This document shows, piece after piece, positions 5,817-18,199 of a DNA stretch of 64,000 nucleotides. Source of the stretch: Leptospira sp. (lineage in GTDB: Bacteria; Spirochaetota; Leptospiria; Leptospirales; Leptospiraceae). Position 1 is the stretch's first letter, and every line of letters starts with the position of its first letter. The translations under genes were made by a program, and so were the position numbers. Below the pieces are notes generated by a model, which saw only the letters and a list, made by a program, of their open reading frames with translations, had not been told where the DNA came from and searched no databases. The stretch covers positions 32,001 through 96,000 of the forward strand of contig JAWXAQ010000035.1 in assembly GCA_034439575.1 (NCBI GenBank). The letters are read 5' to 3'.

Positions 5817-7802
5817 ATGCAAGAAGAAAGTTCAAATAGACAAGGTAGATTATTTTTAGCTTTATTTATAAGTTTAGCAATTTGGATGGGAATCAATTAT
5901 TTATTCCCACCAGCAAAACCTCCGGTAACAAAGACAACTAACACAACAGCAGTCGATCCCACAAAAGATCCTAAAAAAACAGTCGTTGAAAAAGTCACTG
6001 CCACATCTGCCGCAGAAAAAAGTATCTTAGAAGAAGTAAAAAATCTTCCTGTTGTTAAAAAAGAAGATATCAAAACTTTTTCTGTAAAAACTGATTCCTT
6101 TTTGGTAAAATTTTCTAGCTTAGGTGGAAGGATTACTGAATATTATATTCGTAACCATAAAGAACCAGATGGCAGTGAATTTGTTATCGCTAAAGACCAA
6201 AAGTTTAAAATTGATTTTGATGGCAAAGAAGAATATGCAGTCGAATTATCACGATTCGAAGGTTTTGATTTTAATTTAATTGATAGCAAAGAATCAATTC
6301 CCTTTTCACCTTACAATAGTATTAATTTTGCTTCTTCGTATGACGAGGCGACACGAACCATTACGTTCCAAGCACCATCAGTAGATGGTAAGTATCTTGT
6401 TCAAAAAGAATTCAGATTTTTTCCTTCAGAAAATTATTTTAAATTTAAACTCGTATTGAAAAATTTAAGCAAAGATACGATCACATTAGCATCTGCTAAT
6501 TCTGAATTATATCTGCGATCTTTCGGATCTCTTGGTCCTATTTTAAAAAATCGCGAAGATTTTAATGACCGAGACATTGCACATTACTTTCGTTATTATT
6601 ATTTAGATGGATCTTTTAAAGATCATATCGATGGAAATTCTGCCCAAGGATTCTTTGATAATATAGGATCTTGGTTTGGCGGTTCATCGGCAGGAAAAGA
6701 TGAGCGTTTTGAAATCAAAAAAGGCATAAATGAAAAATTAGATTTCGTTGGAACAGGTAGTCGTTATTTTATCGGAGTACTTGATCCGTTAAACGATAGC
6801 CCGAGTGGAGTTATCTTAGACAATCGCAAAGGAAACGAAACAGGAGTTTTGATTTCTTATGACAATTGGAAACTCGGACCTGGCGAAGAAGTTAAATTGG
6901 ATTATGCGGCTTATGTCGGGGTACGTGAACTCGATGGAACTGCTTTCCGTGATTCAAAACTCGATCCAAAAATCAATACTACCTCTACTTTTGCAGGACT
7001 CAGCGAATCATTAGACAAATCATTTAACCAAGGTATTACGACCCCTCTTCGAAACGGAATCGTTTGGATATTAAAACAAATTTACAAATTTATCCCAAAT
7101 TACGGATGGGCCATTGTTATATTTGCCATATTATTCAAATTAGCATTTTATCCGCTTAACAAAAAACAAGCGGAGTCGATGAAAAAAATGCAAGAGCTTT
7201 CACCACAAATCAAAGCTCTCAATGAAAAATACGCTGACGATCCAAAACTCAAACAAGAAAAAACAGTAGAGTTATACAAAAAGAATGGCACAAACCCCAT
7301 GTCAGGTTGTTTGCCAATGTTAGTTCAAATACCTATCTTTATCGCACTATACACTGCTTTTTCAGATACAGTTGACCTTTGGCATTCACCATTTCTTTGG
7401 ATCAAAGATTTATCAGAGCCAGATACAGTATTTATGACTCCCAAACTGGCATTAGTCGGAGTATTGGCTGTAAATATTTTACCACTCATCATGGTGGGAA
7501 CACAAATCATTCAATCGCGGATGACAACAGTCTCCACAGATCCAAACCAAAAAATGATGATGTATATGATGCCTTTTATCATGTTATATTTTTTCTGGTC
7601 CATGCCAGCTGGTGTGACTATGTATTGGACGATGCAAAATATTCTATCCATTGCTCAACAAGCTTATACGAATAAGTTTGGCAAGACAAATGAAAAGAAT
7701 TTAGCAGCAAACAATGCAAATGCGAATAATGGTAAGGGTACAGCTCCTTCCACAAACAACCAACGTGGTTTTCGCAATAGTAACAAGAAGAAAAAGAAAT
7801 AA
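5817..7802 (+). CDS. yidC: Membrane protein insertase YidC
   Basis: [50 protein letters not shown]. Confidence 0.97.
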   Translation: MQEESSNRQGRLFLALFISLAIWMGINYLFPPAKPPVTKTTNTTAVDPTKDPKKTVVEKVTATSAAEKSILEEVKNLPVVKKEDIKTFSVKTDSFLVKFSSLGGRITEYYIRNHKEPDGSEFVIAKDQKFKIDFDGKEEYAVELSRFEGFDFNLIDSKESIPFSPYNSINFASSYDEATRTITFQAPSVDGKYLVQKEFRFFPSENYFKFKLVLKNLSKDTITLASANSELYLRSFGSLGPILKNREDFNDRDIAHYFRYYYLDGSFKDHIDGNSAQGFFDNIGSWFGGSSAGKDERFEIKKGINEKLDFVGTGSRYFIGVLDPLNDSPSGVILDNRKGNETGVLISYDNWKLGPGEEVKLDYAAYVGVRELDGTAFRDSKLDPKINTTSTFAGLSESLDKSFNQGITTPLRNGIVWILKQIYKFIPNYGWAIVIFAILFKLAFYPLNKKQAESMKKMQELSPQIKALNEKYADDPKLKQEKTVELYKKNGTNPMSGCLPMLVQIPIFIALYTAFSDTVDLWHSPFLWIKDLSEPDTVFMTPKLALVGVLAVNILPLIMVGTQIIQSRMTTVSTDPNQKMMMYMMPFIMLYFFWSMPAGVTMYWTMQNILSIAQQAYTNKFGKTNEKNLAANNANANNGKGTAPSTNNQRGFRNSNKKKKK

Positions 7803-7826
7803 TTTTTAGCGTATAAGGAAGATTAG

Positions 7827-8549
7827 ATGGATAATTATATATTTGAAGCAGAAGGAAAAAGTAAATCAGAAGCGGAAGATTATACACTCGAGACACTTAG
7901 GTTAGAGCCAGGTGATTTAAAATTCGAAGTTGTTGATTCTGGTAAATCCGGTTTTTTAGGCATCACACAAAAAAAACCTGCCGTAGTACGGGCGTTCGTT
8001 GCCAATAAAGACATTCCTTCTGAAAAAATCATTCATGGTGTAATCCTCACTATCCTTCGCAAAATGGGCATTCCTGCCGAAGTGGTTGGGATGGGCGATG
8101 TGGATGGAAAGATTTATGTAGAGCTCAATAGCAAAGAATCTGGACTTATCATAGGCAAACGTGGAGCTACTCTCGATTCACTTCAGTTTTTAGTAAATTT
8201 GATGGTTGATCCTCGCATTCGTCACAATCGAAAAATTGTTTTAGATATCGAATCTTACCGCGATAAACGCGAGTTATCGCTGATCAGACTTGCAAAATCG
8301 ATTGCCGCATCGGTCATTAAAACTGGTAGATCAAAACTTCTAGATCCAATGAATCCTTTCGAAAGAAGAATCGTTCATATGGCGATCCAAGAAGACGACA
8401 GAGTTTTTACACGCTCAGAAGGCAATGGCACTTTCAAACGTGTCCGCGTCATTTCAGCGAAAGACAAACACAAATACAAAGACATAGAAGATCCGACGAG
8501 AAAAGGCCTTCCTGTAGAAGACTTTGCCGACGAAAGTGAACTTGATTGA
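7827..8549 (+). CDS. jag: RNA-binding protein Jag/KhpB (KH + R3H)
   Basis: [24 protein letters not shown]. Confidence 0.95.
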   Translation: MDNYIFEAEGKSKSEAEDYTLETLRLEPGDLKFEVVDSGKSGFLGITQKKPAVVRAFVANKDIPSEKIIHGVILTILRKMGIPAEVVGMGDVDGKIYVELNSKESGLIIGKRGATLDSLQFLVNLMVDPRIRHNRKIVLDIESYRDKRELSLIRLAKSIAASVIKTGRSKLLDPMNPFERRIVHMAIQEDDRVFTRSEGNGTFKRVRVISAKDKHKYKDIEDPTRKGLPVEDFADESELD

Positions 8550-9927
8550 TACGATAGCCGCACTTTCTACACCGCATGGACCCGGAGCGATTGGCATCCT
8601 TCGGGTTTCAGGTAAAAACACTCTAAAAATTGCCACAAGTCTCCTTTTCAAAAACAAATCTCTCTTAACTGACTCCTATATAAGAAATAACTCTCGTTCT
8701 GCGATATTTTGTGATCTTTTTTACAAAGACCAAGCTATTGATCAAATTTTATTTTTATTCTTCGAAGGTCCGAACTCCTATACAGGAGAAGACATGGCTG
8801 AATTCCATTTGCATGGAAACCCAATCTTATTAAAAAAGGCCCTCCAAATCATTTTTGAAGTGGGGGCAAGACCCGCGATCCACGGAGAGTTTACAAAACG
8901 TGCCTATCTGAATGGCAAAGCGACATTGAGCCAAGCAGAAGCGATTGGCAGACTCATAGAATCTAGATCTCGTTATGAGTTGGAATTGGCTCAAAAAAAT
9001 GTTTTTGGTGAAATCACAAAACTAACATCAAAAATACGAAGCGATCTTATTTCATTAAAAGCAGAATGCGAAGCCGAAATCGATTTTTCAACAGAAGACT
9101 TAACATTTGAAAGCAAAGAAGAACGCAAACTACGAATGGTAAAACTAAAGAATTTATGTGAAACTTTATTATCAAATTCAGAACGGGCAGAGAAGTTAAT
9201 TTTACAATCAACTGTCGTATTATATGGTGCACCTAATACTGGTAAATCGAGTTTGATGAATTTACTAATTGGAAGAGACCGTTCTATCATTAGTGATATT
9301 CCTGGAACTACGAGAGATTATATTGCAGAAGAAATATCACTCGATGGTATTCCTATTCGTTTAGTTGATACAGCAGGTGTTCGTGATACCGAAGATCAGA
9401 TTGAAAAATTGGGCATTCAACAAAGTGAACGCGAGGCGGACAATGCAAATTTAAGATTGATCCTTCTTGATGTTTCAAAACCCATTCAAAAATCAGAATT
9501 TTTGCAACAATATAAATCTCGTCTGACTGGTTCGATACTCGTTGCCAATAAAATCGACATTGCCCACCAAACCTGGGATGAGAAGGAATGGACTTCTGAT
9601 GATTCTAAGTTTCAATTTGAATTTGTCAAAGTCTCATGTAAATCTCGAGAGGGCATCGATGAATTGTTAAAGTTTATCAAAGCCAAACTCAGTGATACGG
9701 AATCCACAGAAGATATTATACTTTTGGAGGAACGACAAGCTTATCATATAAGTTCAATACATAAAAATCTTATAGCCGCCATCCAATTAATGGAAGACCA
9801 AACTCCACCTGAAATATATATCCAAGAAATTAATTTTGCACTGCATGAAATTGGACAAGTGAATGGCCAAATTGAGAATGAAGAAATTCTCGGTAGAATT
9901 TTTAGTAAATTTTGTGTAGGTAAATAA
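8524..9927 (+). CDS. mnmE: tRNA modification GTPase MnmE (start may be TTG 8542)
   Basis: [41 protein letters not shown]. Confidence 0.97.
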   Translation: MPTKVNLIDTIAALSTPHGPGAIGILRVSGKNTLKIATSLLFKNKSLLTDSYIRNNSRSAIFCDLFYKDQAIDQILFLFFEGPNSYTGEDMAEFHLHGNPILLKKALQIIFEVGARPAIHGEFTKRAYLNGKATLSQAEAIGRLIESRSRYELELAQKNVFGEITKLTSKIRSDLISLKAECEAEIDFSTEDLTFESKEERKLRMVKLKNLCETLLSNSERAEKLILQSTVVLYGAPNTGKSSLMNLLIGRDRSIISDIPGTTRDYIAEEISLDGIPIRLVDTAGVRDTEDQIEKLGIQQSEREADNANLRLILLDVSKPIQKSEFLQQYKSRLTGSILVANKIDIAHQTWDEKEWTSDDSKFQFEFVKVSCKSREGIDELLKFIKAKLSDTESTEDIILLEERQAYHISSIHKNLIAAIQLMEDQTPPEIYIQEINFALHEIGQVNGQIENEEILGRIFSKFCVGK

Positions 9928-10010
9928 TCCTTATCTTCTATTAATTTTTCTATTGATGAAACTGGTGCTTGGTTTCAAATTGTGTCCACAATCAAATAGA
10001 GGTCTGACGA

Positions 10011-10259
10011 ATGAAAAAATTATTAGCAATTCTCGCTATTTTCTCTTTTACTACTTTCGGTGTTTTCGCACAAACGATGGACACACCTGAAGAAGAGCCA
10101 ACAATGCAAAACGAAGAGAAAGAAACTGTAAAGCCTGAGAAAGAAAACAAAGGCAAAAAAGAAGAGAAGGCAAACAAAAAATCTAAGAAAGCAAAAAAGG
10201 CTAAAAAAGCCAAAAAAGCTAAGAAAAACAAAAAGAAAGAAGAATCTGCTGCAGAGTAA
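10011..10259 (+). CDS. Small exported protein with acidic then Lys/Ala-repeat segments
   Basis: GAGG RBS, signal peptide ending VFA, followed by a terminator. Confidence 0.75.
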   Translation: MKKLLAILAIFSFTTFGVFAQTMDTPEEEPTMQNEEKETVKPEKENKGKKEEKANKKSKKAKKAKKAKKAKKNKKKEESAAE

Positions 10260-10277
10260 TCCCTTCTAATTTATCAT

Positions 10278-10307
10278 AAACCCTGGTCATTACAGCCAGG
10301 GTTTTTT
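10278..10307 (+). terminator. Rho-independent terminator
   Basis: aaaccctgg-N9-ccagggtttttt. Confidence 0.8.
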
Positions 10308-10346
10308 ATATCCTCACTCAGCTTTGACATAACAAACCTTAATCAT

Positions 10347-11264
10347 TCACAAAAAATCTAATAACTTCGCCTGTGCAATTTCAGCAGGTAACAAAGGTTT
10401 CTCTGCTTTTAAATAAGTAAGGTACCTTAAAAATTCTGGATTTTCCTTATTTAAATCCATGACTTTAAGCCTTTTGTACAATTCTTTTTTCCAAAGTTTC
10501 ATAGAATGCGAATATTTTTCTCTATCTATTAACCTAGTGATACTTTCGTTATTTTCACCGTACACTAGTAAATCGGCTCCTGCATCTAATAGAATCTGCA
10601 TTGATTCCACAGAATCCCCACTAGCAGCTAGAAATAATGCTGTGTTTCCATATTGATCTTTTTCCTCTAAGGAAAGTCCTATCCCAATAAGGAATTCCAC
10701 ATCTTCACTTAAATTCTGTTCTGCGGCAATATGCAGAACATTTTTACCAGTTTTATCTTTTTGATTTATTAATTTTGGAAATGTATCCAAAGCCTGCGTG
10801 ACAAAACTAAGATTCCCGGTGGCAACAGCTTCTAATAAAAGAGTGCGACCTTCCTCATTTCGCAATTCCCAATCGTTTTCATTGATTAAATCAGAAATTT
10901 CAAACCATAAGTCTTCATCACCAAATTCGATTACTTTATGAAAAAAAGTATTTCCATCCTTATCCCGAGAACGTAAGTTTGGTGAAGATTTCCAAAGATC
11001 CTTTTTTTCTAAAAATAATTGCAGAAACTTTGTTTTATTCTGTGAAAGAAGATCAAATACGAGGGCACCACCATTTCGATAGGGAAAAAATGGATCTGCT
11101 CCATTTTCAATTGCAAAGGAAAATAATTCATATTCATCTAACTTGACAACCCATGAAAGAGGTGTTGTTCCATATGTGTCGAATTCGTTTGGATCATTAC
11201 CCTCTTCTAGATGCTTAGCCCAATCTTCTTTACTTCCTGATTTTGCAATGTCTACAAAGTTCAA
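10347..11264 (-). CDS. Ankyrin repeat protein
   Basis: Repeated GxTxLH/FLAA motifs (YGTTPL, GKNVLHIAA, GNTALFLAA). Confidence 0.9.
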   Translation of the reverse strand: MNFVDIAKSGSKEDWAKHLEEGNDPNEFDTYGTTPLSWVVKLDEYELFSFAIENGADPFFPYRNGGALVFDLLSQNKTKFLQLFLEKKDLWKSSPNLRSRDKDGNTFFHKVIEFGDEDLWFEISDLINENDWELRNEEGRTLLLEAVATGNLSFVTQALDTFPKLINQKDKTGKNVLHIAAEQNLSEDVEFLIGIGLSLEEKDQYGNTALFLAASGDSVESMQILLDAGADLLVYGENNESITRLIDREKYSHSMKLWKKELYKRLKVMDLNKENPEFLRYLTYLKAEKPLLPAEIAQAKLLDFL

Positions 11265-11273
11265 TCTAAAATC

Positions 11274-13043
11274 CTATTTTTTAATGAGTTTATTTTTTTT
11301 AGCAATGGGAGACTTCTTAGAAACTATATTTTTTTTCGGATTGAAAAGTAATATTTGATCAAATCCCTTTTTCTTTTCAAAAGTAAAAAATGAAATTTGT
11401 TTTTCTTTTTCCTTTGGAGCAATCATACTCATGGCTCTCTCTGACAAAGCAGTGATCGTAAGACTCGGATTCACACCTAAATTCACAGTTAACATAGATG
11501 CATCACAGACATATAAATTTTGATAACCAAAAACACGATTTTGAAAATCAATCACACCTTGGTCTTCATTCTCACCGACAATACAACCTCCCATAATATG
11601 GCCAGTGACTGGGGCACTTAACAGTGTTTCGTTGAGAGAACTTCTCGGAATCCCGCCAACAATTTCCGCTAACTTTCGTGTGAACGCATTGGCAATAGGA
11701 ATATAAGTTGGTGTAGGTTCACCTGTTGATAAAGCGGATGTGATAGTTCTCTGAAATGGCCAAACAAATCTTCGTCGCCGAACAAGTCTGACACTATTGT
11801 CTACCGTTTGCATCACTAGAAGAATGATAGAATTTTTCGCAAATCCAAAAGGATAATGAGCTTTTAAAAAATAGAGAGGATGACGAATCATAGTCCAAAA
11901 AAATTTAAGTGGTCTAGGGAAAAATCCACCTCCATCGACCATGACACTAGCAAGTAGTCCAAAAAAATCTGAGCCACTTGAATACCTAACAGGTTCTATG
12001 TGAGTATTTTCATCAGGATGAACAGACGAGGTGATGGCAATCCCTTTTGAATAATCTACATCTTTACCGCTCACTGTGACTGGGAGTACGGTTTCACTAT
12101 TGGTTCTGACCGTATCACCGAGTTTAGGTGAAAGTCGGATCAATTTTTCTTCTTGTTGCATGCGAAGTAAAAGACCAACTGTTCCCATAACACCCGCACT
12201 AAGGACCACATTTTTTGTTTTGAATTTCTTTTTTGGAAACCCAAACCAACCAGTCGTACTTTCAGTTTCTAATTCGTAACCAAATTCACCGCTTGCTTCA
12301 GGATCGGCTTGCCCTTTTGCATTCAATGGAACTAAACTGATCACCTTTGTTTCGGGAAGAATTTGTGTCCCTTGCTTTTCTGCTAGGTAAAGGTAGTTTT
12401 TATCTAAGGTATTTTTTGCATTGTGTCGGCAACCAACCATACAACCACCACAAAAATTGCAGGGATCTCGATCTGGTCCATCACCTTCAAAATAGGGATC
12501 CTTGGTTTTTGATTTTTGTTTCTCGTTACCAAAATAAATTCCAACGGGAGTTTTTTGGAAAGTATCTTCTTTTCCAAATGATTTTGCTGTTTCTAAGAGA
12601 AGTCTATCAGGTTCCCATAATTTTGGGTTTTCATTGACACCAAGCATATGTTTAGCGACTGTATAAAATGGGAGTAAAGATTTCTCTCCGCCCATCTTTG
12701 CATACGTGGAACTTTGAAAAAACTTCGCCTTTGGAACATAAAGTGTGCATGCATAAACTAATGAACCACCCCCTACGCCCGAACCACTTACGAGTAAAAA
12801 ATCATTTAACAAATTAATTCTTTGTATTCCATAAAAACCTAACATTGGCATCCAAAGATATTTTCGGATCGACCAATTTGTTTTTGGAAAATCTGTCGCA
12901 GTCCAGCGTTTGCCTGATTCGATTACGAGAACAGAATACCCTTTTTGAGCCAAACGAAGAGCAGAAACACTTCCGCCAAATCCTGAGCCTATAACAATAT
13001 AATCAAAGTCATACGATATTGATTGAGGAATGGTTCCATTCAT
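11274..13043 (-). CDS. GMC family oxidoreductase (cholesterol oxidase ChoD-like)
   Basis: [18 protein letters not shown], CxxCxxCxxGC, [13 protein letters not shown]. Confidence 0.9.
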   Translation of the reverse strand: MNGTIPQSISYDFDYIVIGSGFGGSVSALRLAQKGYSVLVIESGKRWTATDFPKTNWSIRKYLWMPMLGFYGIQRINLLNDFLLVSGSGVGGGSLVYACTLYVPKAKFFQSSTYAKMGGEKSLLPFYTVAKHMLGVNENPKLWEPDRLLLETAKSFGKEDTFQKTPVGIYFGNEKQKSKTKDPYFEGDGPDRDPCNFCGGCMVGCRHNAKNTLDKNYLYLAEKQGTQILPETKVISLVPLNAKGQADPEASGEFGYELETESTTGWFGFPKKKFKTKNVVLSAGVMGTVGLLLRMQQEEKLIRLSPKLGDTVRTNSETVLPVTVSGKDVDYSKGIAITSSVHPDENTHIEPVRYSSGSDFFGLLASVMVDGGGFFPRPLKFFWTMIRHPLYFLKAHYPFGFAKNSIILLVMQTVDNSVRLVRRRRFVWPFQRTITSALSTGEPTPTYIPIANAFTRKLAEIVGGIPRSSLNETLLSAPVTGHIMGGCIVGENEDQGVIDFQNRVFGYQNLYVCDASMLTVNLGVNPSLTITALSERAMSMIAPKEKEKQISFFTFEKKKGFDQILLFNPKKNIVSKKSPIAKKNKLIKK

Positions 13044-13174
13044 GGTTCTTTTTTCCTAATAAGAAATTGAAGATATTTGATAAGACATTCCCGATTCTTC
13101 GTTTACTTCTGCATCTAATCAACACATTTTGTTTTTCATAGCCGAAATTCACTTGGCATTTTTAATAAAAATTT

Positions 13175-14209
13175 ATGACTGAAATTAAAGCTCCACTTCC
13201 CTTATTAAAATCTGATGGCACTCTAAGTCTGGAGGGTTGGGCAAGATCTCCACATTGGAACTATAACCCTGAAAAAATCAAAGCTGGCAATTGGCGTATA
13301 AAAGAGTGGGACTATTATTCCGTTATTTCTCCAAATCAAAAATTTGGAATCACATTCACCACATCTGACTTAGGTTATATTGGATTATTTGCCATTTGTT
13401 TTCTGGATTTCGAAAGAAAAGAATTCATCCAATCAGAAACTATGACATTTTTACCTTTAGGTTCGACAAATTTTCCACGAACAAGCGCTAATGGAAAAAT
13501 TAATTTTGGTGATAACAAAATCAAAGTCGAGATAACAGTTGCTAATGGAGAGAGAAGGATTCGATTTTCTTCACCGTCGATGAAACATTTCGATGGCAAA
13601 ACAGGAATGAATGGAGAAATCATTTTAATTGAACCAAAAGGTCTAGAATCTATGAATATAGCTACTTCTTGGGCTGAAGAACGAAAGGCTTTCTATTATA
13701 ATACAAAAATCAATTGTATGCCCGCAAAAGGTGCTTTTCAATTTGGAGATACAAATTACAAATTCGATCCTAATACAGACTTCGGTGCATTGGACTGGGG
13801 AAGAGGCGTATGGACTTATAAAAATCGCTGGTATTGGAGTTCCGCATCAGGCTTACTCGGTGATAAAAGTTTTGGATTCAATCTCGGTTATGGTTTCTCT
13901 GATCGAACCCCTGCTTCAGAAAATGTCATTATTTATGATAATAAAATTCATAAACTAGATCTTGTAGAATTCAAAATAAATACTAATGACTATTTGGCGC
14001 CATGGAAATTTACAAGCAATGATAATCGTCTTAATTTAGAATTTAAACCAATATTGGATCGAAATTCTGCATTGGATTTATTCTTTATAAAGTCCATTCA
14101 ACACCAAGTCTTTGGTACTTTTTCTGGAACAGTAGTATTGGATAATGGCAAAACCTTAGAATTGAAGGAATTTTTAGGTTTCGCCGAAGACGTATTAAAC
14201 TGGTGGTGA
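13175..14209 (+). CDS. DUF2804 family protein
   Basis: RIKEWDYY, LDWGRGVW, HQVFGTFSG, GFAEDVLNWW. Confidence 0.8.
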   Translation: MTEIKAPLPLLKSDGTLSLEGWARSPHWNYNPEKIKAGNWRIKEWDYYSVISPNQKFGITFTTSDLGYIGLFAICFLDFERKEFIQSETMTFLPLGSTNFPRTSANGKINFGDNKIKVEITVANGERRIRFSSPSMKHFDGKTGMNGEIILIEPKGLESMNIATSWAEERKAFYYNTKINCMPAKGAFQFGDTNYKFDPNTDFGALDWGRGVWTYKNRWYWSSASGLLGDKSFGFNLGYGFSDRTPASENVIIYDNKIHKLDLVEFKINTNDYLAPWKFTSNDNRLNLEFKPILDRNSALDLFFIKSIQHQVFGTFSGTVVLDNGKTLELKEFLGFAEDVLNWW

Positions 14210-14219
14210 GTTTAGAAAA

Positions 14220-17200
14220 TTATTTTCTTCCCCTAAGTTTGTAATAAGCACTAAAACTTGCAGGAATAAAAATCAATGATCCAAAAGTTCCAAAACCGAG
14301 CCCCCATGCAAGGGAAAGTGTCATAGGAATAAGTAAAGGATCGGATCCACCAATTGCATAAGCTGTAGGCACCATTCCCGCCATCGTTGTCATAGTCGTT
14401 ACCAAAATAGGACGAAACCTTTCACTCGAAGCCTCGATGAGTGAATCATACAAACCTACATTCTTTTTTTGAATTTCAAGAATCGTATCCACGAGCACGA
14501 TGGATGCGTTCACTATTACACCAGCTAGTCCAATAATACCAATCATGGCAAGAAAGCTCAGGGCTTTACCAGAAATCAAAAATCCAAATATAACACCAAC
14601 TAATCCTAAAGGAATGGATGATATTATAAGTATGGGCTTTGTTAGGCTGTTAAAAATAATAGCAAGGATAGCAAAAATTCCAAACATAGCCAAAAATCCA
14701 GCTTTGGCAAGGGATTCCATTGACTTAGCAGTTTCTTCTTGTTCACCGCGAAATTTGATTTTGTATCCAGGATATTTTTTTCCTAAATTTCCAAATTCTT
14801 CAATGATCTTATCATTTACGATATTTGAACTAGTGATCGTTTCATTCACATCTGCAAGAACAGTTATCGCCTTTTCATAATCATTGTGGTATAATGCTTC
14901 TATACCTTGGACAACATTTCTGGAAGTAACGGCTGTTATGGGTGTCAATAGTCCAAATTTATTTGTGATGCTGATCGCATCTAAGTCTTCGATACCATCT
15001 CGATACTTATCACTATTTTGTATGACAATTTTTATTTCGTCTTTTCCTTTTCTAAGATTTGATACTTCAACACCTTCCATGGCAGTCCTAACATAAGAAG
15101 CAGCGATTTCAGTATCAATACCGGTCATAGCAGATGCTTGGTCTTTAACACGTATTTGTATTTCATCACGACCACGTTTGTAATCATCATTTATATTGAT
15201 GACACCAGGCTGTTTTCTGAGAAAAATTTGCATCTCTTCAGAAATCTCTTTTAGTTTTTTATAATCTTTTCCTTCGATTGCCACAGTCACTGCGGCACCA
15301 ATCGGTGGACCATTCACGACCAAGTCCACCATAACGCTCGTTGCATCGGGTAACATTTTTAACTCGGATTCTAGTTCTCCAAAAATAATTTGAGCAGTTC
15401 TTTTTCTATCTGTCTCAGGAACCAAAATGATTTGTGCCATACCAAGTTGTTCGCCAATTCTTGTTAGTGGATCAGTTGGATCTGTTTGTTGGATTCCGAT
15501 TTTTAAAATGATACTTTGAACTTCTTCCTTTGGTATTCTTTTAAGAATATTTTCAAAATGACTCATTCTCTTAGCTGTTTCACCCGCGGTGAAATCAGGA
15601 GGAAATTCTGCTTTGATTAAAATATAATCGATCCCTTCTTTTGGAAAAAGATTAAAATTCATTACTCCCAAAAGTAAAATGGAACCTACAAAAATTCCCA
15701 TAATCGAACCAAGGGTGATAAACGGATTAGCTACTACTTTAGTAATAAATCTTGTAAACTTATCTCGAACTGATTGAAAACCATTTTCCAAAAAGGTTCT
15801 AATTTTTGAACGAATTGAATTTGGATTTTTCTTTTGGTTATTTCCAGCAAACTGCGAATAACGTACAGGCAAAAGAAAAAATGACTCAAACAATGATAAG
15901 GTGAGAGAAACAATCACCATAAATGGAATCTGCCAAATAAATTTACCCATGATTCCAGTCATAAATGCCATAGGTAAAAAGGCAGCAATTGTTGTTAAAT
16001 AAGAACCAATAATAGGAACAACAAGTTCGCTTGCACCATGAACTGCCGCATCTTTATCATTCCAGCCAAGTGCTCTATATTTATAAATATTTTCCGAGAT
16101 AATAATACTATTATCAACTAACATCCCCAAGGATATGATGATCCCAAGCATCGAAATTAAATTAAATGATACATCAAAAATAGGAAATGCGATCGTTGCG
16201 GCAAGCAGAGTCAGTGGCAGAGATAAACTTGTAAGAATCGAATCTCTGAGACTAAAAAATACTATCAATACGATAACTACTAAGATAAGACCTTGCATAG
16301 AGTTGTTAACAACAACTTCTAATCGTTTGGTGGCACGAAGACCTTCATTGTTTAACTCATTATATATTATATTTTCTGGAAGCTGCTTTTTTAATTCAGC
16401 CATCCTTGCCTGCACGGCATTAACTGTATCAATGATGTCTGCACTATCTTTTTTGATAATCTGTAAAACATAAGCATCTGTTCCACCTGAAATTGCCAAA
16501 ACTCGAGCTCTTTCGTAAGTGGGCTGAAACGTTGCAATTTGTGAAAGTAAGATCGCATTGCCAGTTTCATTGGATCGAATAGGAATATTTTTTAAATCTT
16601 CAATTTCACTTATCTCGCCCGTGACACGAATGTCTTCTGTACGGGGACGTAGAAATGAACCAGCAGGTACGCTTAGATTCCTTTTTGATATTGCATTATA
16701 AATATCATTAAATCCTAACGTATAACGAGATTTAAGTGCTGGATCTACTAAAATTCTCCATTCTTCTTTTCGTTTGCCAAATGCATCTACGCGAGATACA
16801 CCAGATACCTTTCTCACTTCATCTTCAATAAAACGACCTGTCTCTTGTAGTTCCTTTTCATTGAGTGCACCAGAGATTGCCACTTCAAAGACTGGAAAGT
16901 TGGAACTTTTTTGTTCGGTAACAATTGGTCTATCTTTCACTTGAGTCGGAAGACTAGTGACTCGATCTACTGACCTACGTATATCATTTACCACCTGATC
17001 CGGGTTATCGTGTTCAAGGTCAATTTTGATACTTATATCAGATTCCGAATTTCTTGAAATAGACCTAACAGAATCAAGACCTTCCACTTCTCTGAGCTTT
17101 TCTTCAATGGGGATGGTCACTTTTTTTTCCACATCTACTGGACTCGCACCTGGATATACAGTGAGGATACGCACCTGACGAAAGTTAACCCTAGGGAAGG

Positions 17201-17309
17201 CTTCACGTTTCATGGATAGGATCGAAATCAAACCAGCAAGAAACAAAAAAACAAAAATTAGGTTCGCGACTAGGGGTTTAAAAACAAAAAAATGTATAAT
17301 ATTTTTCAT
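14220..17309 (-). CDS. RND (AcrB/AcrD/AcrF family) efflux permease
   Basis: 1029 aa; GMLVDNSIIISEN, GVIVNASIVLVD, RFRPILVTT. Confidence 0.93.
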   Translation of the reverse strand: MKNIIHFFVFKPLVANLIFVFLFLAGLISILSMKREAFPRVNFRQVRILTVYPGASPVDVEKKVTIPIEEKLREVEGLDSVRSISRNSESDISIKIDLEHDNPDQVVNDIRRSVDRVTSLPTQVKDRPIVTEQKSSNFPVFEVAISGALNEKELQETGRFIEDEVRKVSGVSRVDAFGKRKEEWRILVDPALKSRYTLGFNDIYNAISKRNLSVPAGSFLRPRTEDIRVTGEISEIEDLKNIPIRSNETGNAILLSQIATFQPTYERARVLAISGGTDAYVLQIIKKDSADIIDTVNAVQARMAELKKQLPENIIYNELNNEGLRATKRLEVVVNNSMQGLILVVIVLIVFFSLRDSILTSLSLPLTLLAATIAFPIFDVSFNLISMLGIIISLGMLVDNSIIISENIYKYRALGWNDKDAAVHGASELVVPIIGSYLTTIAAFLPMAFMTGIMGKFIWQIPFMVIVSLTLSLFESFFLLPVRYSQFAGNNQKKNPNSIRSKIRTFLENGFQSVRDKFTRFITKVVANPFITLGSIMGIFVGSILLLGVMNFNLFPKEGIDYILIKAEFPPDFTAGETAKRMSHFENILKRIPKEEVQSIILKIGIQQTDPTDPLTRIGEQLGMAQIILVPETDRKRTAQIIFGELESELKMLPDATSVMVDLVVNGPPIGAAVTVAIEGKDYKKLKEISEEMQIFLRKQPGVININDDYKRGRDEIQIRVKDQASAMTGIDTEIAASYVRTAMEGVEVSNLRKGKDEIKIVIQNSDKYRDGIEDLDAISITNKFGLLTPITAVTSRNVVQGIEALYHNDYEKAITVLADVNETITSSNIVNDKIIEEFGNLGKKYPGYKIKFRGEQEETAKSMESLAKAGFLAMFGIFAILAIIFNSLTKPILIISSIPLGLVGVIFGFLISGKALSFLAMIGIIGLAGVIVNASIVLVDTILEIQKKNVGLYDSLIEASSERFRPILVTTMTTMAGMVPTAYAIGGSDPLLIPMTLSLAWGLGFGTFGSLIFIPASFSAYYKLRGRK

Positions 17310-17344
17310 AATGGAATGCGGCTCACTTTAGACGCGGTTCTTTA

Positions 17345-17358
17345 TGACCGAACGGTCA
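17345..17358. promoter_or_regulatory. Palindromic operator candidate (TetR-like) upstream of the RND gene
   Basis: TGACCG-AA-CGGTCA perfect IR ~35 nt upstream of the RND start. Confidence 0.55.
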
Positions 17359-17497
17359 ATATTTTCTCTAAACTTTCAAATATAATAAAACCTACAACTC
17401 ATTTCGAAACAATTTAGAATCTATAAACTGCAACCATAGGTCTTTTCATGACAAAATGGAAAATTGAATTAAGAAAAGAATCGCCTTTGATTCTGTC

Positions 17498-18157
17498 TTA
17501 TTCCGATTCTTCCTTCAAAATGGTTTGCATCACTTCTTTAAAAACCTCGGGATTTTGAGCTCCACTCACGGCATATTTGTTTTGAAAGATATAATAGGGA
17601 ACCCCACTAATTCCATTTTGATGGTAATAGGAAATTTCCTTTTTTATTTCTTCTTTGGCGGAATCATGATTCCAAATCGTGAGAAACTCCTCCTTACTTT
17701 CAAAAAAATCTTTCGCAAGAAAATAAACATTCTCAAGAATTGTAAGGTCGATCCCCTTCTCAAAATGTGCCTCAAATAAAAGTTCTGCCAATTGGTCTTG
17801 CTGATTGTTATCTTTAAGCGAAGCAATTAAAACATGAAGTCTGAGTGTATTTACTGATTTCGCAATTTTTTCAAAATCAAAATTGATCCCAATTTCATTA
17901 CCAATTTGCACCAATCTTTGCCAAGCACCTTCCACAGCTTTCAGTGAGCCAAACTTTGCCGCCAGATGTTCTTTATAATTTTGACCTTCTTCAGGTACTT
18001 CTGGTGATAATTGGAAAGGCCGCCAATGGATTTCAGGTAAAATTTCTGATTCCATATCTTTCAGGGCAATTTCCAATTTTTTCTTTCCAACATAACACCA
18101 AGGACAGACAACATCAGAGACGATATCAATTTTCATGGGTTTTGTTTTTGGATTCAT
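17498..18157 (-). CDS. DsbA/FrnE family oxidoreductase
   Basis: SDVVCPWCYVG, ISGVPYY, SGAQ. Confidence 0.92.
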   Translation of the reverse strand: MNPKTKPMKIDIVSDVVCPWCYVGKKKLEIALKDMESEILPEIHWRPFQLSPEVPEEGQNYKEHLAAKFGSLKAVEGAWQRLVQIGNEIGINFDFEKIAKSVNTLRLHVLIASLKDNNQQDQLAELLFEAHFEKGIDLTILENVYFLAKDFFESKEEFLTIWNHDSAKEEIKKEISYYHQNGISGVPYYIFQNKYAVSGAQNPEVFKEVMQTILKEESE

Positions 18158-18199
18158 TAAACAAAGCTTTTATAACAATTGATTCAAACTATAAAAAAA

